Shown here: positions 1-9,005 of the stretch, in pieces
Layout: each line of letters begins with the position of its first letter
Numbering within the stretch: position 1 is the first letter of the stretch
Source: an uncultured Acidimicrobiales bacterium
Lineage (GTDB): Bacteria > Actinomycetota > Acidimicrobiia > Acidimicrobiales > UBA10347
Assembly (NCBI GenBank): GCA_943788915.1
Contig: CALSSD010000002.1
Coordinates: 135,812 to 199,811, forward strand
DNA: 64,000 bases
Reading direction: 5' to 3'
Translations under genes and position numbers: made by a program
Notes under the pieces: generated by a model
Told to the model about the DNA's origin: nothing
Databases searched by the model: none
The model's input: the letters and a program-made list of their open reading frames with translations, nothing else

Positions 1-24
1 CAAGCAACGAGGCGTAGTCGGGAA

Positions 25-654
25 CTACAACGTCCACTCGATCGAGCCCACGATGCACCGACCGATGATCTCATCATTGACATCGGTGAAGTTCACAACC
101 ATGCCCAACCGGTCGGCTTGGCCATCGGCGACGTTGACCTCACCGAAGAAGACACCAACTTGTTTAGGCTCCCTGTCGCGTAGGATCGTCTGCTCACCGG
201 TGATGCCGCTGTAGTCGATCGACTCGTTCTCCGCACCCGGGGTGCCGCTTATCTCGCCGGAATACCAGCCGTAGTCAAAGAAAACTTCAATCTGGTTGCC
301 CCCGGTCCATACCCCGACCTCGGAATCGATTGGTTGCACGTCGGACTCGACAAAGTCAACAGGTACCGAGAAGCTGAACGCACTGGCTTCGATCCGTTTC
401 CACTCCATGCCTGGGCAGTTCGTTTCGGCAACTTCAGCTCCATGCCAAGTACCGGTGTCCTCGGGCACTTCGACACCTGGAAGAGGCTCGGCACCATCAC
501 CAATGCCTCCATCGGGTTCAACCGAGACTGGACGTTCGGCCCCGCCATCGCCGTCGGCTGCGGTTGATACACCGGTGGTGTCGTCGCTTCCGCAGGCGGT
601 CGCGAGGAGAAAGAATGTAAGAACAAGCACGAGTAGTGCGGATTTGTGGGGCAC
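25..654 (-). CDS. Hypothetical lipoprotein
   Basis: Signal peptide with lipobox LATA-C (MPHKSALLVLVLTFFLLATAC), acidic/Gly linker, RBS AGGAGG upstream of GTG. Confidence 0.75.
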   Translation of the reverse strand: MPHKSALLVLVLTFFLLATACGSDDTTGVSTAADGDGGAERPVSVEPDGGIGDGAEPLPGVEVPEDTGTWHGAEVAETNCPGMEWKRIEASAFSFSVPVDFVESDVQPIDSEVGVWTGGNQIEVFFDYGWYSGEISGTPGAENESIDYSGITGEQTILRDREPKQVGVFFGEVNVADGQADRLGMVVNFTDVNDEIIGRCIVGSIEWTL

Positions 655-893
655 CGGAGAACCTCCTGAGTTGACGTCGGCAGTAGTACGACGTCGGGGA
701 AGTCCAGATTAGTTCCCGAGTTCACGATTTCTTCTGAGGGTAAGCCGAACAAGTCAATCGGGCTCTTCTCGCACCGGCCAACAGTCCGGAGCATCATCAG
801 CCGAGCCTGCAAACAAGTTGTGGGGTTTTCTGTCGAACCAGGCTCAACAAACCGTGCGGCATATTGCTGCTGCCACGCCAATATCGTGAGCCT

Positions 894-1004
894 GTGGGAT
901 TCGACCCGTCACGTAAACATCAGCGCACCAACTTTGACTACTTCTTCGTCGCCGGCGCCGTCATCGTCTGTGTGCTGTTGGTGGTATGGGCGTTCCTGGG
1001 TTAA
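894..1004 (+). CDS. Small single-pass membrane protein, 36 aa (not in ORF track)
   Basis: Manual translation MGFDPSRKHQRTNFDYFFVAGAVIVCVLLVVWAFLG*. A -10 box TATCGT (882-887) lies 6 nt before GTG, the same leaderless geometry as neighbouring genes. Confidence 0.6.
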   Translation: MGFDPSRKHQRTNFDYFFVAGAVIVCVLLVVWAFLG

Positions 1005-1078
1005 CACCCGACTCACTGGCAGCCAGCCTGCGAATCGACTGGATCGAGGGTGTCACACCCCAGGCGTAGCGTCGAAGC

Positions 1079-1435
1079 ATGGTCAAGAATCAACAGAAGG
1101 CAGCCGCCCAACGCCTCGGACACGACGGCGAGGAAACAGTGGCTCACTGGTACCGCAAGGCCGGCTACACAATCGCCGAACGCAACTGGCGGTGTTTTGA
1201 GGGTGAACTCGACATCATTGCGCAGCGAGGGCGCACCACAGTGGTTTGCGAAGTGAAGACACGGCGGTCGTCTCGGTCGATGGACCCCCTACTTGCGATC
1301 ACACGCGCGAAACAATCCAAAGTTCGCACTGCTGCGTACCGCTGGCTTGATGAGCACCCCAGCAGCGGTCGAGTCCGGTTCGATATCGCCCTGGTGGTGA
1401 ACGGGCGCGTACAAATAATCGAAGGAGCGTTCTAA
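1079..1435 (+). CDS. YraN/UPF0102 family PD-(D/E)XK nuclease-like protein
   Basis: Motifs LGxxGE, ERNWRCxxGELDII, VCEVKTR, RFDI; leaderless TAGCGT-N6-ATG. Confidence 0.9.
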   Translation: MVKNQQKAAAQRLGHDGEETVAHWYRKAGYTIAERNWRCFEGELDIIAQRGRTTVVCEVKTRRSSRSMDPLLAITRAKQSKVRTAAYRWLDEHPSSGRVRFDIALVVNGRVQIIEGAF

Positions 1436-1471
1436 GGCTGAAACACCAGCAGGCACTACTGGCTGGTCGAA

Positions 1472-1819
1472 CTAGAAGTCGCGGAGTTCCTTGACCTTGG
1501 CAGCCTTGCCAACGCGGTCACGCAGGTAGAAAAGCTTGGCTCGACGAACGTCGCCCCGAATCGTGCGCTCGATCTTCTCGACGATCGGCGTGTGCACCGG
1601 GAAGGTCCGCTCTACGCCAACACCAAAGCTGACCTTACGCACGGTGTAGGTCTCATGTAGGCCAGCACCCTGGCGTTTGATGACAACACCTTCGAACACC
1701 TGGATGCGTTCCTTGTTGCCCTCGACCACGCGAGCGTGCACCTTGAGCGTGTCACCCGGACCAAAGTCAGGGATGTCGTCGCGAAGGCTTGCCTTGTCGA
1801 TGAAGTCGGTGGGCTGCAT
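1472..1819 (-). CDS. rplS: 50S ribosomal protein L19
   Basis: [42 protein letters not shown]. Start trimmed to ATG at 1819. Confidence 0.98.
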   Translation of the reverse strand: MQPTDFIDKASLRDDIPDFGPGDTLKVHARVVEGNKERIQVFEGVVIKRQGAGLHETYTVRKVSFGVGVERTFPVHTPIVEKIERTIRGDVRRAKLFYLRDRVGKAAKVKELRDF

Positions 1820-1904
1820 AACAAACTCCGGAAGAAACTGACCGGGGACGCCCGGCACTACAGCCGATCATGATATCGCCCCGACCCAGCATTCGGCCTC
1901 GATG

Positions 1905-1959
1905 ACGCAAATTAGGAGCGTCATGTACGTAATAGGTACCTGTGGCTCCTAATTTGCGT
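1905..1959. repeat. 15-bp perfect inverted repeat with 25-nt spacer overlapping the trmD stop
   Basis: ACGCAAATTAGGAGC (1905-1919) / GCTCCTAATTTGCGT (1945-1959). Confidence 0.75.
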
Positions 1960-2689
1960 TGAGATCGAATTCCGAGAGGAGTTTTTTGTCGGCCGGGGTG
2001 AGACCGCCGCGAGCTTCGATCAGATCAGGTCGGCGCTCTATTGTGCGGGCTAGGGCCTGGGCTCGGCGCCACCGTTCGACCTTGCCATGATCGCCGCTGC
2101 GCAGCACCGGCGGCACCTCCATGCCCCGAAACTCGGCCGGACGGGTGTAGTGGGGATACTCGAGCAGTCCAGTCATGAACGACTCGTCGCCTGCAGAATC
2201 GTCGTTGCCCATAACACCGGGCACGAGTCGGGCGACAGCTTCGATAATGACCAACGCTGCGACCTCACCCCCGGCTAGGACGAAGTCTCCAATAGAGACC
2301 GCGCCATCGCATAGCTCGGTTGCGATGCGTTCATCGACGCCTTCGTAGCGCCCGCACAACATCGAGAAACCTCCAGACGCAGCCAACTCCAGCGCCATCT
2401 CCTGATCGAAGCTTCGGCCACTTGGGCTCATGAGCAACAGCGGCCGTGGCGCATCCACGGACTCAACTGCAGCAAAGATCGGCTCGGGCATGAGCACCAT
2501 GCCCGCTCCCCCACCGAACGGCGCATCGTCGACCGACTTATGGCGGCCGACGGCCTCTTTGCGCAGATCGTGAGCGTTGATCTCAACCAGATCATGCTCT
2601 TGGGCCTTGCCAAGCAGCGACTCGCCAGTGAAGTTGCTGATCAGCGATGGGAAGACGGTAAAGACATCGATCCGGAGAGGGTCACTCAT
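1949..2689 (-). CDS. trmD: tRNA (guanine37-N1)-methyltransferase
   Basis: VDDAPFGGGAGMV, CGRYEGVDER, SIGDFVLAGGE, LLEYPHYTRP; ATG 2689 overlaps the rimM end. Confidence 0.97.
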   Translation of the reverse strand: MSDPLRIDVFTVFPSLISNFTGESLLGKAQEHDLVEINAHDLRKEAVGRHKSVDDAPFGGGAGMVLMPEPIFAAVESVDAPRPLLLMSPSGRSFDQEMALELAASGGFSMLCGRYEGVDERIATELCDGAVSIGDFVLAGGEVAALVIIEAVARLVPGVMGNDDSAGDESFMTGLLEYPHYTRPAEFRGMEVPPVLRSGDHGKVERWRRAQALARTIERRPDLIEARGGLTPADKKLLSEFDLNAN

Positions 2690-3164
2690 CGGTGTCGTCG
2701 ATGGGATCGAAGAGTCCATGGGGCGGATCCACGACGATCGTGCCATCGCCTTGTTGTTCAACAAAGAACGTGAGCGGAATGAGCTTCTGATCCCGCAGCA
2801 CCAGAAGGTCGCTGGCTGGGTTTTCGAGCACCGACTCGACCTCGCCAAGCTCGTTGCCGTCGAGGTCGATCACGCGGGCGTCGATCAGATCGTGGACCCA
2901 GACAGTGTCGGGATCATCGATGGGGTCACCGAACAACATGGTGCCACGGGCTGCCTCAGCCGCTTCGCGGCCCCTGATCTCGGCGAACTCCACGATGAAA
3001 CGATGCTGGTGGGGTCGCGACTTGTTGACCGTGAATTGGAACCCGTCGTCACGAAACAAAACCGCACCGACGTCGAGACGTTCGGTGCGGTCGCTCAGGA
3101 GCGTGACCACCACGTCGCCATGGACGCCGTGGGGTTTATCGATTTTGCCAACTTCAAGTCGCAT
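2682..3164 (-). CDS. rimM: Ribosome maturation factor RimM
   Basis: VGKIDKPHGVHG, PRC-barrel-like C-terminus, rpsP-khpA-rimM-trmD synteny. Confidence 0.95.
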   Translation of the reverse strand: MRLEVGKIDKPHGVHGDVVVTLLSDRTERLDVGAVLFRDDGFQFTVNKSRPHQHRFIVEFAEIRGREAAEAARGTMLFGDPIDDPDTVWVHDLIDARVIDLDGNELGEVESVLENPASDLLVLRDQKLIPLTFFVEQQGDGTIVVDPPHGLFDPIDDTDE

Positions 3165-3182
3165 GCTGCCGGGTCCTTCAAA

Positions 3183-3287
3183 CTCGGCACGAGCCGAAAT
3201 AGATCGGGCTACGCCAGCTTTCCGGGACCGTAGAGCAGGGAGCTCGGACAGCCTTTACGGAGCCTGCGGAGCAAAGGCGAACTACCC
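3183..3287. repeat. Copy of a dispersed structured intergenic repeat (full unit 3214-3287, probable partial unit 3183-3213)
   Basis: CCAGCnnTCCGGGAC...GAGCTCG..CAG-[hairpin]-CGAACTACCC aligns with the units at 53001-53150. Confidence 0.65.
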
Positions 3288-3542
3288 TTAGTCGACGAAT
3301 TCGACGTCGACCGAGGCGCCATCCTTGGCGGCTGCGGCACGAACGAGGGCGCGAATAGCGTGCGCGGTGCGACCGCGCTTACCGATGACTCGGCCCATGT
3401 CGCCGTCGCCGACGCTGACATCGAAACGAATCGTGTCGTCGTCTTCGCTGACGTCGATGCTCACCGCGTCGGGGTTTTCGACAATGGATGCAACCACATG
3501 GCGCAAGAGATCTTGAGCCTCTGGTGCCAAGTCGGCGCTCAT
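3288..3542 (-). CDS. khpA: KH-domain RNA-binding protein KhpA
   Basis: [17 protein letters not shown] GxxG KH motif; located between rpsP and rimM. Confidence 0.93.
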   Translation of the reverse strand: MSADLAPEAQDLLRHVVASIVENPDAVSIDVSEDDDTIRFDVSVGDGDMGRVIGKRGRTAHAIRALVRAAAAKDGASVDVEFVD

Positions 3543-3910
3543 TCTTCTTCGCCGGAGTCGGCGGAAGCGTCGGCGGCATCTTCGGCGCTGTCGTCATCGG
3601 CAGGAGCAGCGACAGCTGCTGGAGTGTCGATGGCATACGGCGCTGGTGCTGCTTCGCCGGTGAATTCCGACCAAGCCCCACTAACCGCAAGCAGTTTCTG
3701 GACTCGCTCAGTCGGCTTTGCGCCGTTCTTGAGCCAGCCAAGAGCCTTCTCGTTGTCGATTTCGATCACCGAGGGTTCTGAACGAGGGTTATAGAACCCG
3801 AGAACCTCGATGAACCGACCATCACGGGGTGAACGTGAGTCGGCAGCAACGACGCGGTACGTCGGTTGCTTCTTCTTGCCCATGCGCATAAGGCGGAGCT
3901 TTACAGCCAC
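3539..3910 (-). CDS. rpsP: 30S ribosomal protein S16
   Basis: [34 protein letters not shown]; GTG at 3910 with RBS GAGAGGA; acidic tail. Confidence 0.98.
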   Translation of the reverse strand: MAVKLRLMRMGKKKQPTYRVVAADSRSPRDGRFIEVLGFYNPRSEPSVIEIDNEKALGWLKNGAKPTERVQKLLAVSGAWSEFTGEAAPAPYAIDTPAAVAAPADDDSAEDAADASADSGEEE

Positions 3911-4059
3911 GATAATTCCTCTCGACGGTTCGGCTTCTTCTCGGTGGGCCGTCGGTCCCAGCGACCTAGTAGTGTGCCTGGAAATCACCACACTTCATGC
4001 ATTCCAGGGCCAAAAGAATGAAATGTGTTTATGGCCATCGTGTAGATGACGCATTCACC

Positions 4060-4094
4060 CCAGGATTCGGCCCCCACCCAGAGCCGAAACCTGG
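4060..4094 (-). terminator. Hairpin just downstream of the ffh stop (possible terminator or stabiliser)
   Basis: CCAGGATTCGGC / GCCGAAACCTGG, 12-bp stem with one mismatch, no clear U tract. Confidence 0.4.
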
Positions 4095-4095
4095 A

Positions 4096-5571
4096 CTAAC
4101 CCATGTCCTTGAGTAGCGCTGCGACGTCTTCGTTCTTTTCGAACTCATCGAGGCCAGGGAGCACGAGCTTGCGCTTGCCTTCGCCCTTCTTAGGTGTAGT
4201 GCGACCTGCCTGGGGATTCCCGCTACGCCGGCCACCCTTACCCTTACCCTTTGCGCCCTTCTTGCGGGAGCGTTTGATGCTCTTGGTGCCCATGCCACCC
4301 ATTTTCTTGAGCATCTTCTGCATCTGCTTGAACTGATTGATCAGCTGGCTGACCTCGTTCTCTCGCGTACCGCTACCGGCAGCGATACGGCCACGACGTG
4401 AGCCATCGATCAGATCGGGTTTCTCGCGCTCTTTTGGCGTCATCGAGCGGATAATGGCCTCGACCCGAGCAACCTGGCGATCATCGATCTCCTGGTTCTT
4501 GAGTTCTTTGGGCATGCCCGGCATCATCCCGAGCAGGTTGTTTAGCGGACCCATCTTCTTGAGTTGTTGCATCTGCTGCAGGAAGTCTTCAAGGGTGAAC
4601 TCACCCTCGAGGATTCGTTCGGCTGCAGCCTCTGCTTCGTTCTCGTCGTAGACCGCCTCGGCCTTCTCGATGAGGGTGAGCATGTCGCCCATACCCAGGA
4701 TCCGACCGGCGAGACGGTCGGGATGGAACTGCTCAAAGTCTTCGAGCTTTTCGCCGGTTGAGGCAAAGGCGATGGGTTTGCCCACGACCTCTTTGACCGA
4801 CAGCGCGGCACCGCCACGGGCATCGCCGTCGAGTTTGGTCAGGATCACACCATCAAGCGACAACGTCTCGTTGAACGCCCGTGCGGTATTCACGGCGTCC
4901 TGGCCGGTCATCGCATCGATAACGAGGAAGGTGTAATGCGGCTGCACGACATCGCTGATCTCGCCAACCTCGGCCATGAGTTCTTGGTCGATCGACAAAC
5001 GGCCGGCGGTGTCAACAATGACGACGTCCCGGCCGGTGTTCTTGGCCTCGACCATGGCGGCACGGGCCACCGATACAGGGTCACTGGGTTCACTGAAGAC
5101 CGGCACACCTACCTGGGCGCCGAGTGTGCGGAGCTGCTCAACGGCTGCGGGTCGCTGCAAGTCGGCGCCGACGAGAAGCGGATTGCGGCCCTGGCTCTTG
5201 AACCACAGGGCAAGTTTGCCGGTGTTGGTTGTTTTACCTGCACCCTGGAGGCCAGCCATGAGCACGACGGTGGGTGGCCTGGATGCATAGGTGATCTGCA
5301 TCGTCTCGCCACCAAGTGTGGCGATGAGTTCTTCGTGAACGATCTTGACGATCTGTTGCGCCGGGTTCAGCGCCTCGTGAACGGCCGAGCCGACAGCGCG
5401 CTCGCGCACACGGTCTCGGAATCCTTTAACGACCGAGACGTTGACGTCGGCTTCGAGCAGCGCGACGCGAATCTCGCGCAACGCCTCGTCGACATCTTCC
5501 TCGCGGAGCTTGCCCTTGCTGCGCAGCCCCTTAAAGATGTTCTCAAAACGATCGGATAACGAATCAAACAT
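4096..5571 (-). CDS. ffh: Signal recognition particle protein Ffh
   Basis: GLQGAGKTT, DTAGR, TKLDGDARGG, Met-rich M domain; Lys/Gly-rich C-terminal extension. Confidence 0.98.
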   Translation of the reverse strand: MFDSLSDRFENIFKGLRSKGKLREEDVDEALREIRVALLEADVNVSVVKGFRDRVRERAVGSAVHEALNPAQQIVKIVHEELIATLGGETMQITYASRPPTVVLMAGLQGAGKTTNTGKLALWFKSQGRNPLLVGADLQRPAAVEQLRTLGAQVGVPVFSEPSDPVSVARAAMVEAKNTGRDVVIVDTAGRLSIDQELMAEVGEISDVVQPHYTFLVIDAMTGQDAVNTARAFNETLSLDGVILTKLDGDARGGAALSVKEVVGKPIAFASTGEKLEDFEQFHPDRLAGRILGMGDMLTLIEKAEAVYDENEAEAAAERILEGEFTLEDFLQQMQQLKKMGPLNNLLGMMPGMPKELKNQEIDDRQVARVEAIIRSMTPKEREKPDLIDGSRRGRIAAGSGTRENEVSQLINQFKQMQKMLKKMGGMGTKSIKRSRKKGAKGKGKGGRRSGNPQAGRTTPKKGEGKRKLVLPGLDEFEKNEDVAALLKDMG

Positions 5572-5724
5572 GGTGGTTTGAGGTTATCGGGAACTCCGCC
5601 GTTGCTCCGCACGCTCCGTAAACGCTGTCGGTGACCAGCACATCGACAATCCCACCGCGTCGATCGGAGCAGACATGTTCAGACGACGCCAGTTCGCCAG
5701 TTGAGGTGTGGGAGGACCTGAGGG

Positions 5725-6027
5725 TTAGCCCCTACGCCACGGGCTGACCAAGGCGCTGACAAGTCGCATCGGCAATTTCACTACTTCAGTCATCGCACGA
5801 AGTACACCGTTCGCGAGTTTGGTCGCGACGCTGATTGGCAGCTTGATAATGCCAACGACAAGCCGAAACGGCGCACCAACAACCGTGGCCACAACGCCGC
5901 GTTTGCCAACCGCCTTCTGCGCAGCCTTGTTGTCCTTCTTTATCTGCTTCGGCGACTTGGTCACCGGTGCAGCACCAAGAAGCTCCTGGAGCGTGTATCC
6001 GCCAAGCCAGTCGTTAGTAGCAGCCAT
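5725..6027 (-). CDS. Hypothetical 100-aa basic amphipathic protein
   Basis: ATG at 6027 with RBS AGGAG, 10 nt after the ftsY stop; MAATNDWLGGYTLQELLG...PWRRG. Confidence 0.7.
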   Translation of the reverse strand: MAATNDWLGGYTLQELLGAAPVTKSPKQIKKDNKAAQKAVGKRGVVATVVGAPFRLVVGIIKLPISVATKLANGVLRAMTEVVKLPMRLVSALVSPWRRG

Positions 6028-6037
6028 GTTGTCTCTC

Positions 6038-7204
6038 CTAGGCGAACAGCGCATCGACGAATTCGTGCGCATCAAATTCAACCAGATCGTCGATGCCTTC
6101 GCCCAAGCCAACAAGTTTGACCGGGATACCGAGTTCCTTCTGAATTGCGAGAACGATGCCGCCCTTGGCGGATCCGTCGAGTTTCGTGAGCACGATGCCA
6201 GTGACTTCGACAGCTTCGGTGAACTGTTTGGCCTGCACCAGACCGTTCTGGCCGGTTGTCGCATCGATGACCAGCAGTACCTCAGAGACTTGACCTTTGG
6301 CCTTTTCGGCGACCCGGCGGACCTTACGGAGTTCTTCCATCAGGTTCGTCTTGTTGTGCAAGCGGCCGGCGGTGTCTGCCAGCACTAGATCAGCGTTGAT
6401 AGCTGCAGCATGTTCGACTGCATCGAAAACAACCGATCCGGGATCGGCGCCTTCGGCCCCACGCACGAATCCAGCATCGCTGCGTTCGGCCCAGGTCTCA
6501 AGCTGCTCAGCAGCAGCGGCACGGAAGGTGTCACCTGCGGCAAGAACGAGCGTGCGGCCGGCATCAGCTTCGCGTTTCGCCAACTTGCCAATGGTTGTCG
6601 TCTTACCAACACCGTTTACACCAACGAACATCCAGATTGCAGGCTCGCCTTCGACGGCCAGGGTGATATCGGTGTCACCGAGTTCAATTTCCATCTCGTT
6701 ACGCAGCAACGCCAGTGCATCGTCGAAGTTTTTGGCCTTTTCTTCCTTGGCCCGATCGCGGACCCGATCAAGAATCGCCATGGTGGTCGGCACGCCTACA
6801 TCGGCCAGGATCAACGCTTCTTCGAGCTCTTCCCATGCATCTTCGTCGATGGAACGACCACGAAGGCCACCAAGCACCCCCGCGAGCCGATCGCGGAAGG
6901 TGGCCTTCGCTATTGGTTCTGGCTCTGGTTCAGGTTCTGGCTCAGGTTCTGGTTCAGGTTCTGGTTCTGCTTCTGGCTCGTCGACGACCGGAGCCGTGTC
7001 GACGTCGACTCGTTCGGCATCGGGCGCGTCCTCTACCAGAACATCGCTGTCGGCCTTGGCCTCGACCTCTTTCGTAGCGGGGGTGGCAACCGCTGGCAGC
7101 GGTGGCGTATCGACCGCAACGTTCTGGCGGCGGAAGAAGAACAGCCCCGCTCCGACAAGAACCAGCGCAGCAACAATTATGACGATCAGTACAAGAGCAT
7201 TCAC
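6038..7204 (-). CDS. ftsY: SRP receptor FtsY with N-terminal TM anchor and acidic linker
   Basis: GVNGVGKTTTIGK, DTFRAAA, DTAGRLH, TKLDGSAKGG. Confidence 0.97.
   Translation of the reverse strand: MNALVLIVIIVAALVLVGAGLFFFRRQNVAVDTPPLPAVATPATKEVEAKADSDVLVEDAPDAERVDVDTAPVVDEPEAEPEPEPEPEPEPEPEPEPIAKATFRDRLAGVLGGLRGRSIDEDAWEELEEALILADVGVPTTMAILDRVRDRAKEEKAKNFDDALALLRNEMEIELGDTDITLAVEGEPAIWMFVGVNGVGKTTTIGKLAKREADAGRTLVLAAGDTFRAAAAEQLETWAERSDAGFVRGAEGADPGSVVFDAVEHAAAINADLVLADTAGRLHNKTNLMEELRKVRRVAEKAKGQVSEVLLVIDATTGQNGLVQAKQFTEAVEVTGIVLTKLDGSAKGGIVLAIQKELGIPVKLVGLGEGIDDLVEFDAHEFVDALFA
6914..6979. repeat. 6-bp coding tandem repeat encoding the (EP)n linker of FtsY
   Basis: TGGTTC/AGGTTC/TGGCTC units give EPEAEPEPEPEPEPEPEPEPEP. 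Confidence 0.9.
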
Positions 7205-7299
7205 AGCGTCTCAGCCTAGGCCCCGATTGTGAGCACCCCGGGCGATCGCACAATTCGTACGGCCCTCAACGACAACCGGTTGAGGACTGACCTTATGGG

Positions 7300-8853
7300 C
7301 TACGGCTCGTTCAGGAGTCCGAGCGTGACGTCGACCACAAGGTTCTCGCCGTTACGAACCAATTCGACGGTGACCGTGGCTTGTGGCGGTTGCAGACGAA
7401 CCGCTGCAGCAAGGTCGCTCATGCTCTTGATCTCGGTGCCGTTGAATCCAACAATCAGATCATCCGACAGAATGCCAGCATTATCAGCACCACTATCGGG
7501 CGTGACGACACCAACAACCACACCAGGTTCACCGATAACCGGCGTAGTTCCATTGATTCCGAGGAAACCTTGTTCGAGCGGCTCGCCGGCAATGATCCGG
7601 TCAGCAATAAGTTTGGCAGTATCGGAAGGCACGGCGAAGCCCACACCGATGTTGCCGCCCGATCCGTCGGTCCGAATCGACGTATTCATACCAATCACTC
7701 GGCCCTGGCGGTCAGCGAGCGCACCACCGGAATTACCGGGGTTGATTGGTGCGTCGGTCTGGATCATGGCGACGACTGATAGTCGACCGTCGTCGGTGAG
7801 GCTCTCGAGGACTCGACCTTTGGCACTCACAATGCCCGAGGTCACGGTCTGTTGCAGGCCAAACGGGCTGCCGATAGCGACCGCGAGTTGTCCAACCTCG
7901 ACCGAAATCTCGGGGGCCAACACTGCGACACCAAACGCAAAGCTGGTGTCGATTTTGACGACGGCCACGTCGGTGAGTTGGTCAGCACCTAGCACTTCGC
8001 CTGGCACTCGCACGCCTGATGCAAGGGTGACCTGCACCTCGGTGAATTGCCCAACGACATGGGCATTCGTCAGGATCAATCCGCTGGCGTCATAAATGAT
8101 CCCAGAGCCCTGACCCAGTTCGTTCTGGATAAGAACCACGGCCGGCGCCACCGCTTGCGCAACTGCTGCTACCGGTTCATCAGCTCCTTCGCCGGGGAGT
8201 ACCGGCGAAGGAGCTTCGTTCACCGGCGGCAGCACTGGTGCCGGGGTAGGCGCCGGCGCTGCTGTCGCCGGGGGCGTGGTGGGTTCAGGAGCCGTAGTGG
8301 GTTGTGCAGTTGTTGGAGCCGCCGCTATGGGAGTGGACACCGACTCCGAAGACGCGACCGAACGCCCAAAGAAAAACCCGCCACCTGCTACGGCCGCAGC
8401 CAACAAGAGAGCCAGCGCGACGAGACTCAACCGGCGCCGTGGTTTCGCAGCCTGTGGCGGTGTAGGAGCGGTCGGGCGACCAACAGTGGGTGGTTCAGTC
8501 GGCCAGAGTGGTTTGTCTGACATGCCTGACCCAGGCGCTGGTGCAGTCATGAAACTGCGGTCGGCAAACGAAGGTCCTGGCCGAGCGGCAAGTGGGACGG
8601 TCGCCGCAGGCTGCGGCGGCGCAACATGCGCTTGTGGCGACAACGGCACTTGTGGTGTTGGCTGAGCAGGTGGGGTCGGCGCAGAAGACGGGTTGACCGG
8701 CGCACCGACCGACGGCACATTTTGGGTGATGTCAGGGACGATCGGCGTCTGCTTGGGATGAGCAGGCGCTGGCCGGTCCCAGATTGGCGGTTTCGGCAGG
8801 TCGGGTTCGGAGCCCGTTGATGAGGGAGTTGGTGGTTGTTCCACGGATGTCAA
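7300..8853 (-). CDS. HtrA/PepD-like serine protease (Pro-rich N-terminus, TM, trypsin, PDZ)
   Basis: Triad motifs TNAHVV, DVAV, INPGNSGG; C-terminal PDZ. Alternative leaderless GTG start at 8844 after TAAGTT. Confidence 0.93.
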   Translation of the reverse strand: MTSVEQPPTPSSTGSEPDLPKPPIWDRPAPAHPKQTPIVPDITQNVPSVGAPVNPSSAPTPPAQPTPQVPLSPQAHVAPPQPAATVPLAARPGPSFADRSFMTAPAPGSGMSDKPLWPTEPPTVGRPTAPTPPQAAKPRRRLSLVALALLLAAAVAGGGFFFGRSVASSESVSTPIAAAPTTAQPTTAPEPTTPPATAAPAPTPAPVLPPVNEAPSPVLPGEGADEPVAAVAQAVAPAVVLIQNELGQGSGIIYDASGLILTNAHVVGQFTEVQVTLASGVRVPGEVLGADQLTDVAVVKIDTSFAFGVAVLAPEISVEVGQLAVAIGSPFGLQQTVTSGIVSAKGRVLESLTDDGRLSVVAMIQTDAPINPGNSGGALADRQGRVIGMNTSIRTDGSGGNIGVGFAVPSDTAKLIADRIIAGEPLEQGFLGINGTTPVIGEPGVVVGVVTPDSGADNAGILSDDLIVGFNGTEIKSMSDLAAAVRLQPPQATVTVELVRNGENLVVDVTLGLLNEP

Positions 8854-8863
8854 CTTATGGGTT

Positions 8864-8907
8864 GCGGGCGAAAGGGCCTGTAAGGCAAATCGAAAGTTCT
8901 CTTAAGG
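8864..8907 (-). promoter_or_regulatory. Putative OmpR-family response regulator binding array upstream of htrA
   Basis: Minus strand reads CCTTAAGAGAA CTTTCGATTTG CCTTACAGGCC CTTTCGCCCGC: 11-bp phased half-sites just upstream of a TAAGTT -10 box. Confidence 0.4.
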
Positions 8908-9005
8908 ATTCGTCGGCGATGCCGTTCTTGGATGCACTTGTCGAACCATCCATGAAACTCCCCTATTCCCTTCCAACAGCACCGCTCCTGTATCTCGCCG
9001 TGAAC

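Noticed and set aside
894-908. Shared MGFDP N-terminus between the 36-aa microprotein and the PH-domain protein at 52939
   Set aside because: The identity is limited to five residues with no further similarity; likely coincidence.
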